Under the pieces are notes generated by a model. That model was given only the letters and a program-made list of their open reading frames with translations, was not told where the DNA came from and ran no database searches. Shown here one piece after another: positions 29,346 through 43,085 of a DNA stretch of 64,000 nucleotides; position 1 is the stretch's first letter; every line of letters begins with the position of its first letter. Source of the DNA: Ostrea edulis (Eukaryota); assembly GCF_947568905.1 (NCBI RefSeq), contig NC_079167.1:1240001-1304000 (forward strand), in the 5' to 3' direction. Made by a program: the position numbers and the translations under genes.

Positions 29346-29570
29346 GTTTATTCACCAATCAAGGGCCCTCGGGGGGCATGTACATGTTAACAGGCAATTA
29401 ATTATAACAATGAAAATAAATAACAATCATTTAGAAGTACTACCGGTAATACTGACAGAGTTCACACTTCTGCACTGCACATATCTATATAATTATATAT
29501 GAAATACTGATTACAGACAAGATTTAAATTAACAACATGATAAATAAAATAACCCAACTGCCTCACATAA
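29346..29570 (-). mobile_element. RTE-X family A 3'-end insertion (A2)
   Basis: Near-identical reverse complement of 9397-9625. Absent from unit 1 (site ~15690). Confidence 0.88.
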
Positions 29571-30173
29571 TGTTGAATCGCATGTGTAATAGGTGAATTG
29601 ATAATGATAGTCTCTTTATGAATCCAATCTTGGAAAAAAAGTTTGTACAACATCTTTCATGCGACTGCATATCGTGTATTGGTTTATATTGTGTAGGTGT
29701 GCCACGCATCAGTATCTCACGGTTTGCAAGTACTTTCCAGTTACAATGTACAGAATTAGTAAATGCATGTTACGAAAGTCAACTGTCACCAAATGGTAAA
29801 CTAGATACCCACGTTAATTAAGATGAAAGCATATATTACATTTACTTTGCCTTCCACAGAGGAATCTGCCAAATAGAAAGTCTTGAGTTGGCTATTTCAG
29901 CATTCCTAGCAATAAAAGTTTGTATAAAAAAAGAAGAAAAAAGAAAAACATGTTTGTAGGACATTTGTGACGGCAAGAAGCAATAACATATATCTATAAT
30001 CAATTTAATTTAACATGTGCCTACATGGTATGCATTTTAAAATATCTATAGTACTAATTAGTACTTTGTATACTGTGACGTGGGATATTTTGTAATACGG
30101 GGGTTATCATAATTATCAGCTGCTTTTTTAAGTCTTCGTTTTGTCTCCTTCATATGTAAAGTGTCCAAATCAT

Positions 30174-30284
30174 TTATGTTAATGTAATAGTGTTATGTAA
30201 TCACTTCTTTCTGTATATGTACATTATTTGTATGTATTTTCATGCTGCCCCTTGATTGGAAATAAATATAGTAGTAGATATGTT
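30174..30284 (+). mobile_element. Short RTE-X-type 3'-end insertion (D) with 17-bp TSD
   Basis: TSD taaagtgtccaaatcat at 30157-30173 and 30285-30301. Ends cccttgattggaaataaatatagtagtag. Absent from unit 1. Confidence 0.75.
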
Positions 30285-30680
30285 TAAAGTGTCCAAATCA
30301 TATATGATATTGTGTGATAAATAAACAATCCATCTAGATAAATGTGTGCGAGATATATATTATAATGCTCACAATGTAAATTTATTGGGAGTATAGGATT
30401 TGCATGGTCAGCCTTTCTGCTCAATAATGATCTTGGATATCAATTGATTGTTTGTTAACATAAACCTACAAAGTTGTGGTGTAGTCTGACTATTTACTTG
30501 ATATGAAAAGAAATCCAAGTATCAAATTGAAATCTCTTAACTGCAAATGTAACATGTTAGCCACAAAGTGCATACCTTTTCTTAACAAGTTGTATGCCAA
30601 TTTGTTGACTAAAAGTACAATACAGAGTAACCGTTTCTCTTGATAACGTTTCATAGAGGCGTCTTTTCAAAGAATTTGGT

Positions 30681-30696
30681 GGCCGTTATAACGGCC
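30681..30696 (-). terminator. H4 stem-loop (unit 2)
   Basis: GGCCGTTATAACGGCC. Confidence 0.85.
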
Positions 30697-30739
30697 GTTT
30701 TGTTTTTGCGCTGGGATGCACAAACGGTGATAAGAGTAT

Positions 30740-31060
<321 letters not shown>

Positions 31061-32039
31061 TCAATAGACAAGTGCTGAATGACCTGACAAATTGAGAAAT
31101 TGCTGGTTTATATAACCCTAATTTATATAACCCTTAGAGCGCATTATACCTTGAAACTTCGGCTAGTCGATTGTCGTGTCCGAAGAAGCGCTGTTAACTA
31201 CATCTTGATTGGTTCTCGCTAAACGCGCCTACCTGTGTTTGTTTACATTTCTCTTGCATAGTATACTAGTATACAAGTATTTATTTATTTTGATAGCAAT
31301 ATAATATTTTATCTGCGCACACATTTGAGATTTCCTAGCTTAGTTTCTGTTCTGTTTTTTTTTTAAATCATCGTTTTGTTTTCCTTTTAATTAACACACA
31401 ACAATAGCATTTGTTTTTATTAGGTTAATTAATATGAAAACATGGCTCACAACTGTGAAAGTCTACTATACTATATCCAAAAGACAAAAAAAAAGGGGGG
31501 GGGAGAGAAAAGGTAAATAATAAAGATAATCCATTATTAATCAAGCTAAGCAAATTTCTACTCAACATGTTGAAAATAAGAAATATTATATCTGTGCAAG
31601 TTGAAAAAGAAATTCAAGCTCTTTGTTAGACTGTATGTATGGTCTCCTGATATAAAATGTTATGACATGTTAATTCATCAATTAAGGGCCCTCAAGGGGG
31701 TGGGTGTGTACAGATTAACTAGTAATTAATTACAACAATATAAATAAATAACAATCATTACTGTCGACAGAGTTCACATTTCTGCACTGCACACATTTAA
31801 CACGGTGTTACACGTGTAATACTGATTTCAGACAAGATTTGAATTAACATAATGAAATATACGATGTTCTGTGATCACAGCATTTCTGTGATTATATACG
31901 CAAGAATGTAATACGAAGTGAAGATTTCATTGACCTCTCAGAATAATCATGACCCCCCTAACGTCTACATATTTCTACATCTGGGTTTTTATTTATATAT
32001 TTTGTTGTTATAGAATTTGAACCCCTTTCTCTTATTAAT

Positions 32040-32407
32040 CATATGTACTTTATTACCTTTACTATTATTACATGTAGAGTTGTTGTGTGCATGTATATAT
32101 ATGGACATCTATATATATATATATATAAATATATATATATGTATATGCATATACATGTATATATATATATATATTTTCCCCTATGTGTATTTCTGACTGT
32201 TTTGCATTAGGATACACGGTGGTACTTACATATAATACAAATAAGTCATTATCATGTTCAAACGTCTCATGTATGAACATTGCTCATACTAATAGTGTAG
32301 ATTTTACTCTTGTTTTGTATTTCTTTTTATCGTCATTGCACATTGAAATGTTAACAATGATGTATGCCCGAGAGGGCCCTAATTTGGAAATAAATCATAT
32401 TCTATTC
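32040..32407 (+). mobile_element. RTE-X family B 3'-end insertion (B2) with 7-bp TSD TATTAAT
   Basis: Reverse complement of 13439-~13760. TSD at 32033-32039 and 32408-32414; (TATTC)n tail. Empty site in unit 1 at ~18100. Confidence 0.88.
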
Positions 32408-32683
32408 TATTAATGCATGCTTTACATGCCCTCAAAAGCCCCGAGTTGGTTGAATGAAATACCGTAGTATCTGACCCTTCTACTACTGTTTTGACAGTAT
32501 AGCTGTACGTGTTCACATTCGCAGCATTTAGTTTCATTAATGAAGTTGCGTTACAGAAATTTACCAGACTTGGGTCAAGTAGTTTGTGGATGTAGGGTTA
32601 TGCATGTCATTCAGTCATACTTTATTCACGACAAGTTTCTTGATCAAGAGCAATATGAAGGCATCTTTTCGAAAGAATTAGGT

Positions 32684-32699
32684 GGCCGTGAAAACGGCC
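32684..32699 (-). terminator. H3 stem-loop (unit 2)
   Basis: GGCCGTTTTCACGGCC on the minus strand. Confidence 0.85.
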
Positions 32700-32722
32700 G
32701 TTTGTTTGAGTGTCAAGTGAAA

Positions 32723-33142
<420 letters not shown>

Positions 33143-33668
33143 TTATTCGGATAGAATAAAGTGCCCGATCGGAAACACTACAGTTTATAAGCAAATCGAA
33201 ATCGGCGCTCTCATATCTTACGACACTTGTCATTGGTTAAGCGGTTCAGAAAGACACTTCAGAAAGACACTCTGCGATTAGCCGCTGGTATGCAGCGTTG
33301 ATTGGTTTTGACTTGGGACATTTCAATCCACATTTTGCACAGAATTCATAAACAAAAAAAAACAACAACAAAAAAAAAACAGTGAAGGGGATGGGGTGTT
33401 ACAAGGGATTTCAGGGTACAATTGTAAACATTTATTTGTGGATACAAAAGTATGGACAGACAAGTAAATGTTAAAAACATTTAAAAGGAGATGCATTTAT
33501 TTATTTATTCACCAGTTAAGGACCCTCAGTGAGCATACACAATTTTATTATATTCATTATAAACACATGATACCATATACTTATAGATCTATACACACAC
33601 CGTACATATACATATACATGTATACATAAACACATATATACACATACATGATTGTATACACACATACA

Positions 33669-33876
33669 GTATAGTTTATTCACCAATCAAGGGTCCTGGG
33701 GGGGGGGGGGGGGGGGGGCATGTACATGTTAACAGGCAATTAATTATAACAATGAAAATAAATAACAATCATTTAGAAGTACTACTGGTAATACTGACAG
33801 AGTTCACAGTTCTGCACTGCACATATCTATATAATTATATATGAAATACTGATTACAGACAAGAATTAAATTAGGC
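33669..33876 (-). mobile_element. RTE-X family A 3'-end insertion (A3) with 24-bp TSD
   Basis: TSD tacatgattgtatacacacataca at 33645-33668 and 33877-33900. Body matches the reverse complement of the A1 3' UTR. Empty site in unit 1 at ~19515. Confidence 0.9.
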
Positions 33877-34240
33877 TACATGATTGTATACACACATACA
33901 TGTACATATGTAAAGGATTTCTATATTGACATTGATCTGAAATTGGCTCATAACAACATAGAATGAAAATGCACAGCACAACAAGGATGCAATGTGGGAA
34001 GTAAAAGTGAAACAGTATAAAATGCTGTCCTGAATGCAGAGCTAGGTACCAAGGGACAGTGCTTTGTGCCCAGTCGATCAGACTGGCAGTCTTCTACCAT
34101 AAGTATTTTAAAATATCTTTCATAAATTAAGAACAAGCACTAAAAAGAATTAATACAAAATTTCATATATAAAACACTATACAGTATTAGCACAACACAA
34201 TTGTTGATGAGGAAAAATTAGCAATTAATGAGTACTGTAC

Positions 34241-34243
<3 letters not shown>

Positions 34244-34275
<32 letters not shown>
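34244..34275. repeat. (CA)n microsatellite
   Basis: Direct observation. Confidence 0.9.
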
Positions 34276-34276
<1 letters not shown>

Positions 34277-34296
34277 TGGGACAGTTGTGGTCTTTT

Positions 34297-35245
34297 TCAC
34301 TCAGTTGATGGTCCATACAAGGCAGAGCAAGCTCGGAGAAGTTGGGTTGTAAACAGCTCACCATTGTTGTAGTTCTCCCATGTATGGAATAACTTCCCGT
34401 TAAGTCTGTGCGCTTTCTATGAATCCTCTTCATCTTTCCCCCCTGAAAGAAGCCGTGCAACCAATGGAATGTCCTGTGCTCCCTGGTACAACTCAATTAA
34501 CAGCAGATAAAACTGCACTTTCCCGACACAGTTTACTCTGTTGTTTAGCCTGCTGTGCCATCAGATAAAACTGCACTTTCCCGACACAGTTTACTCTGTT
34601 GTTTAGCCTGCTGTGCCATCAGATAAAACTGCACTTTCCCGACACAGTTTACTCTGTTGTTTAGCCTGCTGTGCCATCAGATAAAACTGCACTTTCCCGA
34701 CACAGTTTACTCTGTTGTTTAGCCTGTTGTGCCATCAGATAAAACTGCACTTTCCCGACACAGTTTACTCTGTTGTTTAGCCTGTTGTGCCATCAGATAA
34801 AACTGCACTTTCCCGACACAGTTTACTCTGTTGTTTAGCCTGCTGTGCCATCAGATAAAACTGCACTTTCCCGACACAGTTTACTCTGTTGTTTAGCCTG
34901 TTGTGCCATCAGATAAAACTGCACTTTCCCGACACAGTTTACTCTGTTGTTTAGCCTGCTGTGCCATCAGATAAAACTGCACTTTCCCGACACAGTTTAC
35001 TCTGTTGTTTAGCCTGTTGTGCCATCAGATAAAACTGCACTTTCCCGACACAGTTTACTCTGTTGTTTAGCCTGTTGTGCCATCAGATAAAACTGCACTT
35101 TCCCGACACAGTTTACTCTGTTGTTTAGCCTGTTGTGCCATCCTTCCAAATCATATATTGGTGCGCACTGACAGCATAAAAATGGACCAATTCCGAATGG
35201 GAAGATGTGGTTACGCATCAATTGCCGCCAAACATAATCCATTTA
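34297..35245 (-). pseudogene. C-terminal fragment of a Mutator-like (MULE) transposase, disrupted by frameshifts and a minisatellite
   Basis: Reconstructed: MDYVWRQ..RNHIFP..NWSIFMLSVRTN.DLEGWHNRLNNRVNCVGKVQFYLLLIELYQGAQDIPLVARLLS...WENYNNGEL.TTQLLRACSALYGP. This fits the recalled RTNNxxEGWH motif of MULE transposases. Confidence 0.7.
34504..35141. repeat. 58-bp tandem repeat, 11 copies
   Basis: Unit cagataaaactgcactttcccgacacagtttactctgttgtttagcctg(c/t)tgtgccat; 638 bp = 11 x 58. Confidence 0.97.
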
Positions 35246-37038
35246 CGTAGGTCGCGGGTTTACAGACCTTTTTTTTTTTCTCACTCGAAAAACTATAAAC
35301 TTTGAAGAGGCGGGGTGGGGGGTTACCAATAACTGGAGTCAAATTCGTCCAAAGATCAGAGCTTTGTAAGAGAGAGATAATCCTTAATTTTGAGATAAAT
35401 TTCTACATTTTATCATAACAATTGAATTTAAATTATGTCCATTCTTTCAAGCTAGTAACGAAGTAAATAGCTACTGGACTGTTGAAACCCTCGAGGACTA
35501 ATGTTAACACTAACAGTCCACCATCTCGATCAAGGACTTATAATACGGTTCCAATTTTTATTCACCAGATGCGCTTTTCAACAAATAATGTCTCTTTCAG
35601 TGATCTGTTTCCATGAAAAGATTATCTCAAAAGAAATATATTTATCATTAACTGTAATCTAAAGAAAATAAATAAATACCATGCACAATGCAATTCAGTA
35701 TAAAAGTAAACTCTAATCAAATGTACGAAAATAACAGGTGCCGAAACGTCCTATACACATTGATGGATATAAATGGGGGTCCAGTAAAACGATATATCAG
35801 AGAAATATATTTTAAAAAGAAATGAAATGGTCAAAATTCAGAAATATTTTGATTTTTCTAATTTGAACCCAGCCCGATCGGAATTATAAAAAAGAAAAAG
35901 TCACAGAGAACATTGTAATCAGAAAACTGCATTCCGTTGATGTAAAATGGCTTACAAATTAAACGACTTTATAAGGGTAACTAATTTCTTGATGAACAGT
36001 GCATACAATTAGCAACAATATGAGTATCTTAGTAATTTCTATCAATTTTGATCGGGATCGGTACTTTTTTCTCCACTTTGAAAATAGTGATCATATCTAA
36101 AATTTGGACATTTCGTTCCAATTTCCTTTTATACTATATTTCTTCGATATATCTCTTTTCTAACTGACATGTGTTTTGAAGATTCTATCCGTAGATATAA
36201 AAAATATTAACAAATGACGTTTTCAATTTTCATAAATATCTTTTTCTAAAAAAAAATTAGAACGTTCATATCTGAATCCTTTAGGCATATTTTATTAGAT
36301 ATTTATATCATGCACCGAATCACAGGGTTAACGCTATTTGGTACCGCTTGCAGGGCGGCGACCACGAGTTACCTGCCCCTATACAATGAGTTAATTGCCC
36401 CTGTATTTCATCTGTTAAGTTGTACTTAAAATAGGCTAACTCTTGCGCAAAAAAAGATAGAAAATATCAAATATGGGAAAGCGGGACGATAGACCAAACA
36501 TATCTACGAAGAGACCGTTGGTGCCGGAAATATCTCTGTCTTTAGTAGTGTCCGCGAGGTATATTAATTTATAAAACATGAGATATTAGTACCATATTGC
36601 CCGGGAATCAAAAGATTTTTGCAAGATTGGTAAGTATATTCTATATAGGCTAAACAAGCACAAGGCAAGGGCACGTGGCCTGGGAAGTCATTCCGCAGCG
36701 CAGGAATGACCAAAACTAGCCTACTACGGTACCATTTACAGAAATTACCAAAAAAATGACAAAAATTACCGAGAGAGGAGCTAAAATGATCTCAGTAATA
36801 CATGACATCTACTATCATATTCACATTAAAAATGTTGGTCCCTCCTTTGACGACTTCAATAATTTTTAATTTCGGTCATATCTTTGGTATTTTCTGTGAA
36901 CGTTTGTAATTTCGGACATTATATGTAACAATCCTACTATTCATTCCACAATGAAGGCCAGTGGGCCTAGATTTTTAATTTGATACACGTATAAACTTAA
37001 CACTGCGCAAGTTATGTCACGGAATGCAGTATAGGGGA

Positions 37039-37309
37039 GGAGAAAATATTTGGCTGGACCAGGAGTCAAACCTAGGATCCCTGCATTACTAGTCAGGTGC
37101 TCTAACCACTGAGCTATCCAGGTCGATATCCACGGTCCGTGTAGCCCTAACTACTAAATTCCTCCCTTTAATTTGTCTTTGCCGTCGAAGACACACAACC
37201 CAAGATTCATTTCACCCCTGGCAGGACAAGAGTAGTCACGGCACCAACTGGTAAAATCTTGCACAGAGGTCCCTGGGTTCAATTCCCGATCCAGCCACAA
37301 ATTTTCTCC
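37039..37309. mobile_element. ~270-bp element whose inverted ends are tRNA-derived (tRNA-Thr(AGT)-like)
   Basis: TIR GGAGAAAAT(A/T)T(T/G)TGGCTGGA. Minus strand 37051-37124 folds as a degenerate tRNA with A box TAGCTCAGTGG and anticodon loop CTAGTAA. Plus strand 37261-37297 has a T-arm GGGTTCAATTCCC and acceptor half. Confidence 0.6.
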
Positions 37310-39012
37310 GTGTATGTCTATCTGAGACTGAGTTGGAAAATTACAGTATCTTCATAGTGACAAACTAATGAAAATATTGATCAAATTCGACTGGTCAAGG
37401 ACTGTTAATATAAATAAATTTGAAACATTGGTCATTGTAATGATTGGTTTCATGTTATACTAAGTTTGTGTTTCAAGACAAGGCTGTCTTTGTTGGTGAT
37501 GATACTGATGTATATATTTAGAAACAAGTAATGCTTTGATTTTGATTACAGGTGTGGTCTTTAAAAAAATTAATGCATGGCAAGGTTGATAGTGAGACTA
37601 ATAAATTCTTTCAGCAGAATTCAGCTAGACACACAAAAAAAGACAATCACTACAGCCTTCCAAGAAGATGGACTGCCTCACAATAGTTTCCTTGAGGACT
37701 GTCTTGAAATATCCAGAGTTTAAGGTATGCATTTTGTACACCATGAAAATCAGCTTATAGTTTAGCTATTATCTAATTAGAGGGAATTTTCAATAGGGAC
37801 TGGGTCTTTTCATTTACTGGACTCTTATGTAAAAATGACACTGTTCTTCCACCCCTGTTAGATCCACTATAACTTTAAGGAAAATAATTGGATCATCCTG
37901 TCCCACCAATATGCACATCTACAAATGAGAATGAAGCATTGCACAAAGTTTCAAGACTATCCGATAAGCCATATAGGAGAAGTGTTCACAAGATTTTGTG
38001 ACAGACAGAAAGACGGATGAAGTACAAAAACTATGTCTCCCCCTGGAAGAGGGGAGACATAATTAGAATTTTTTTTAGACAGAAAGGAATGAGATCTCTG
38101 ACACAGATTTTGCTATGAATATATATCATGTTTTGCTGAGTGAAAACATTTTTTTCTTCTCTTTTATTTATGCGTATCTAAGCACAAGGTAATTAATACT
38201 TTTCATACTTTCCCAATTTGAACATTTTATGTGTCAATTTTCCCAATTCTACGGACTCTGGACCCAGTTTGAAAATGGTAGGAAAACCCCTGCAAAGACT
38301 CAAATATGAAATCATTTTCAATTAGAGGTTAAAACATTTAGTGATGAATTAATTACTGGAATTTATGAGGACTACTGAGACATGTTAAAATGGTGTCATA
38401 TTTGTCTTCAGATTCAAGAAACGGACTCTATCTGGAAAAGGAAAACAATATCAAAGCTCCTCTGAGAGAAGTTGGCCAAGGAAAGCATTTAGAAGAAAGT
38501 GGAGATTCATTGTTTTTACCAGATCCAGCAGATCACAGAAAGCATCTAGTAGGGGAGGTAAATGAAGCATCTTTTACTCCCTATATACAGTGCTTGAAGC
38601 TAACTTTTTATGTCACCAGTCCAGCCGGACTGATGGGGTATAATTTCAACCAGTCCGCTGAAAAATTTACTAGTCCAACAGAGTTTTCCAGAAATATTTA
38701 AACACATTTCATTAATGTTATTAAAATGAAATTTAGCTCAATATGTCTTAAACAATATTGTAACACTTAAATGTGGGATTTATATTTACAACTCGGATTT
38801 GTCTGATAGGTCTACAGATCGAAGCATGCCAAACGTGTAAAGAACAAGGTACGATTGTATACATAAAAAGGCCCAAAAATTTTCTCTCAATAAAATGTGT
38901 TTGGAATTAACCTTAATAAGCGTTTTAAGAAAGTAAAATATATGCCAGGTATACTATGTCAACAAAACCAGAATGATATTTCTAATTGGACAGCATTATG
39001 ACATTTCCTGCC

Positions 39013-39039
39013 TTTTTATGCCCCCGAGATTGAAGATCA

Positions 39040-39075
<36 letters not shown>

Positions 39076-39090
39076 AATTCTGTCATTCTG

Positions 39091-39127
<37 letters not shown>

Positions 39128-39279
39128 AAGTGATAGAGCTTAGTTATTTCACATGAGTATTCCTTGTGACAAGACCTTTCCGTGGGTACCAACATTTTTT
39201 ACCATGTGACCTTGACCTTGGAGTATGACCTACTTTTTGAAAACTTTAACCTTGCTAATAACGTTTGAACAATAAGTGA

Positions 39280-39315
<36 letters not shown>

Positions 39316-39519
39316 CAAGACCTTTCCGTTGGTATTAAACCTTTTGACCTTGACATTTAACTTACTTTTAATTTTTTTTTTACATTGGTCATAACTTCTA
39401 AATGGTAAATATTAGAGCTTTCGTATTATACATGATGATTTCTTTTGACAAGATCTTTCTACTGGTACCAAGATATTTGCCCTTGTGACCTTGACCATCT
39501 TTGGAATTGGCCATTATCT

Positions 39520-39551
<32 letters not shown>
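39013..39551 (+). mobile_element. Helentron-type non-autonomous element (HINE-like)
   Basis: TTTTTATGCCCCC...GGGGGCATA 5' hairpin, (TCTG)-type microsatellite, internal repeats, 3' TGTGTTTCACAAACACA palindrome then CTTGTT, T-rich site. Confidence 0.7.
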
Positions 39552-39554
<3 letters not shown>

Positions 39555-40597
39555 AAATAAGCCTGAAAACTGTCAAATGTCATACAGATTATTGCTCAGG
39601 AAAAGATGTGCGCATTTGTCGAGCAAAATAAAAATGATATATATTGTGTATTAATTTAAGATGAAAAACATACTTGAATATGAATTTGCTCGACGCATGC
39701 ACTGTATGTTTTCTGATAAGAAAACCACCTGAATTTGTGGATATTTTCATTGAAAATGGCATTTTTGCAATTTTATGCCAACTTCTAGCTCACGTCATAT
39801 GACACAAATCATTTTGCTGATCAAACTGAGCAGATTTTGGGTTTGCTAATCCATTCCTTATTTGAATGCCAGGGTTTGAGCTCCAAGTGAAATCATCGAT
39901 ATTTTGGGCCAAATTACTTTAGAAACTGTACCTACTTCTTTCATAAGTATATTTTGCAAAATGATGCTTTAGAAAATTAACTCATCTGACTGACTAAAAC
40001 AAATGTCAGTCAGTCAGCCAGACTTTTAACCAGTCACGGAGTGACAGGCATACATTAATTTTGAGCCCTGTATATATTGCCAGACAAGTAGTCCAATCAG
40101 ATTATAAACTTTAACTGAAAAATTTACAAGCCCATTCATAAATTAGAGACCGGTGGCAGTGCAGTGTTTCTCACCAATGCTACAATCCCTAAAATTATGC
40201 TATGTCAGTAATTCCCAAATGTCACAGGCATCAAACTTTCAATATATACATAAATGAAAATTGTAAAACTTAAATTCTGTTGGCAAAGCTCAGCAAGAGA
40301 GGCATACATTTTGTTTCAAATCCCCTTATATAATTACATGTATTCATTTAGAATGTTTTCTTAGTTTCCAGGATTAAGCCAGCCAGTAGATGAGACTATT
40401 ATATCAAAAATACATTTACTTGTACACGAGGGCACACAAAGCGTTGATGAAACAAAAAGACATTTCCGTCTGTTTGTAAAGGATACTATTTCACCAGGGA
40501 ACACCATCTCAGAATTTAACAGATGCTTTTACCCCGCCAATAAGGATGTAAGAAATCACATTTACAGGGCACCGAGATTTTGCCAGTAAGTTCTAAA

Positions 40598-41601
40598 TTT
40601 TTAGGTCACCTGAATTCATTCAGGTGACCTATTGCTATCTGTTTTTGTCCGTCGTCGTTCGTCGTGCTTTAACATTTCAACATTTTCAGCTTCTTCTCTG
40701 AAACCCCTGAACCAATTTCAACCAATTTTGGCATATAGCATCTGTGGGTGGAGGGGAACAAAAATTGTGAAATTCGTGGTCCCTGCCCCCTGGGACCTGA
40801 GGGGTGGGGCAAAAACCATCAAAATGAGTGTAATTTTAAAAAATCTTCGTCTTTACTCCTGAACATCAAGAAGCCAAACTGTGGGCATAATTATAATGAG
40901 CGTTGAGCCCTCTACCAAAAATGTGAAATTCATGGCCCCTGGGGCAGGGCTTCTTGTCATAGGGTGGGGCTCTATTGGTCATATAGTGAAAGTGTAGAAA
41001 TTCTTTGAAAATCTTCTTCTCTGTCTCTGGGTATTAAGTAGACAAACTAATAGCATGGTAATGATGAGCAAGGATGCCTCTTTGTACCCCATGCAACAAG
41101 TTGTGGGGGGGTATACTGGAATCGGGTTGTCCGTCCGTCCGTCTATAGACGCAATGGTTTCCGGGCTCTAAAGCATTATCCTTTCCACCTACCGTCACCA
41201 TATCATATATATGGACTACCCATGGGATGAAGATGTTCCCTATCGATTTTGGGGTCAAAAGGTCAAAGGTCAAGCGCACTGGACATTGAAGTAGCAATAT
41301 GGTTTCCGGGCTTTAAAGCGTTATCCTTTCCACCTACAGTCACCATATCATACATATGGACTACCCATGGGATGAAGATGTTCCCTATCGATTTTGGGGT
41401 CAAAAGGTCAAAGGTCATGCGCACTGGACATCGAAGTAGCAACACTCAGAAAAGAGGTAGTTTATACCTATTACCAACACCCTTTGGGAGATTGAGGTAA
41501 GCGGGGGATATTCTTAGTGAGCATTGCTCACAGTACCTCTTGTTAAAAATTGTGAAATTCATGGCCCCTAGATCAGGGGTTCTGTTGCTAGGGTGGGGCT
41601 C

Positions 41602-41649
<48 letters not shown>

Positions 41650-42066
41650 GTGTCCTTGGGTATTAAGTAGACAAACCAATAGCATGGTTATGATGAGCAA
41701 GGATGCCTCTTTCAAAATTGTGAAATTCATGGCCCCTGGGTCAGGGTTTCTGGTATTAGGGTGGGGCCCTATTGATCATATAGTGAAAATGCATTTTATT
41801 TCTTTGAAAATCTTCTCCTCTGCTGCTGGGTATTAAGTAGACAAACTAATAGTATGATAATGATGATCAAGGATGCTTCTTTCAAAACTGAAATTTATGG
41901 TCCCTGGGTAAGGGGTTCTGGTGCAAAGGCGGGGCTGACCACATAGCTATTCAATGTTTCTTCCATCCAAAAGTAAAATTCTTATATTTAAACACAAACC
42001 TAATTCAAACATTGGAAGGTTGTTACATGATACTCAGGTGACCTATAAGGCCCCTGGGCCTCTTGT
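40598..42066 (+). mobile_element. HINE-like element with a second HINE nested at 41082-41544
   Basis: TTTTAGGTCACCTGA start, GTCC/GTC microsatellite, tandem monomers, CAGGTGACC...GGCCCCTGGGCCTCTTGTT end. The nested copy has ~156-bp repeats and sits at a TT site. Confidence 0.75.
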
Positions 42067-42127
42067 TTTTTTCTCAGGCTCAAATGTGCTTTTCTGATCA
42101 AAATTTGTTAGTTGTCTGTCGTCGGCA

Positions 42128-42184
<57 letters not shown>

Positions 42185-42312
42185 ACTTGGCACAAAGGGG
42201 AGATAATCACAAAATTAGGGTGGGGTCATTTAAAAATCTTCTCAAGAAGCACTGGGCCAGAGGACCTGAAATTATCATTAAAGATTCCTGACCTAGTGCA
42301 GATTCAAGTTTG

Positions 42313-42352
<40 letters not shown>

Positions 42353-42425
42353 AATTTTTTGTCCGTCGTCTGTCTGTCTGTCCGTCTGTCTGTCCGTTTG
42401 TCTGTTAAACTTTTCACATTTTCGA

Positions 42426-42463
<38 letters not shown>

Positions 42464-43049
42464 ATGGCCAAAAGCATCCTTGGGTGAAGGGCTTTCAAGT
42501 TTGTTCAAATGAAGGGCCATGTCCCTTTCAAAGGGGAGATAATCATAAAAATGAAAAAATAGGGTGGGGTCATTTAAAAATCTTCTTCTCAAGAACCACT
42601 GGGCCAGAAGAGCTGAAATTTACCTGGAAGCTTCCTGACGTAGTGCAGATTCAAGTTTGTTCAAATCATGGCCCCTGGGGAGTAGGATGGGGCCACAAGT
42701 GGGGGGGGGGGGGGTCAAAGTTTTACATACAAATATAGGAGAAAGCTTTAAAAATCTTCTTCTCAAGAACCATTGGGCCAAAGAAATTGACATTTACATG
42801 AAAGCTTTCTGACATAGTGTAGATTCAAGTATGCAAAGGGTAGTTTGGGCCATAATAGGGACTAAGGTTTTACATGGAAATATATATGGAAAGTCTTCAG
42901 ATATGGGCCAAAGTGACTCAGGTGAGCGATGTGGCCCATGGGCCTGTTGTTACAAATCATGGCCCCTGGGGGTAGGATGGGGTCACAATAGAGACCAAAG
43001 TTTTACATGCGAATATATAGGGAAAATCTTTAGAACTGGACCAGGGTGA

Positions 43050-43081
<32 letters not shown>

Positions 43082-43085
43082 TGTT
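42067..43085 (+). mobile_element. HINE-like element with Cg170-like satellite monomers; related copy nested at 42311-42951
   Basis: AGCTCACCTGAGC start, (GTCT/GTCC)n, and two CAGGTGAGCGATGTGGCCCATGGGCC ends. Confidence 0.75.

Larger units (their letters stand above)
36473..40585 (+). pseudogene. Spliced CARF-like (ALS2CR8-domain) gene, decayed; candidate exons 36473-36629, 37552-37724, 38412-38557, 40372-40585
   Basis: AG/GT-bounded segments encode SKKMDCLTIVSLRTVLKYPEFK, KWRFIV-LPDPADHRKHLVGE and the open GLSQPVDETIISKIHLLVHEGTQSVDETKRHFRLFVKDTISPGNTISEFNRCFYPANKDVRNHIYRA. These match recalled CARF motifs (CPARIYIKKVQKFPEY; RWYVQLPTQQAH; KIQELVSQG...RKFVERELF...FFPT..DIKNHI). The earlier exons carry stops and frameshifts. 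Confidence 0.7.

Noticed and set aside
37051-37124. Functional tRNA-Thr gene
   Set aside because: The acceptor stem has mismatches, the anticodon stem is bulged and the T-loop is TTTGACT. It is treated as part of a repeat element.
38811-38849. 39-nt AG/GT-bounded mini-exon (VYRSKHAKRVKNK or LQIEACQTCKEQ) between CARF-like exons
   Set aside because: Its phase is ambiguous and no homology was recognised, so it was left out of the gene model pending RNA or homologue evidence.
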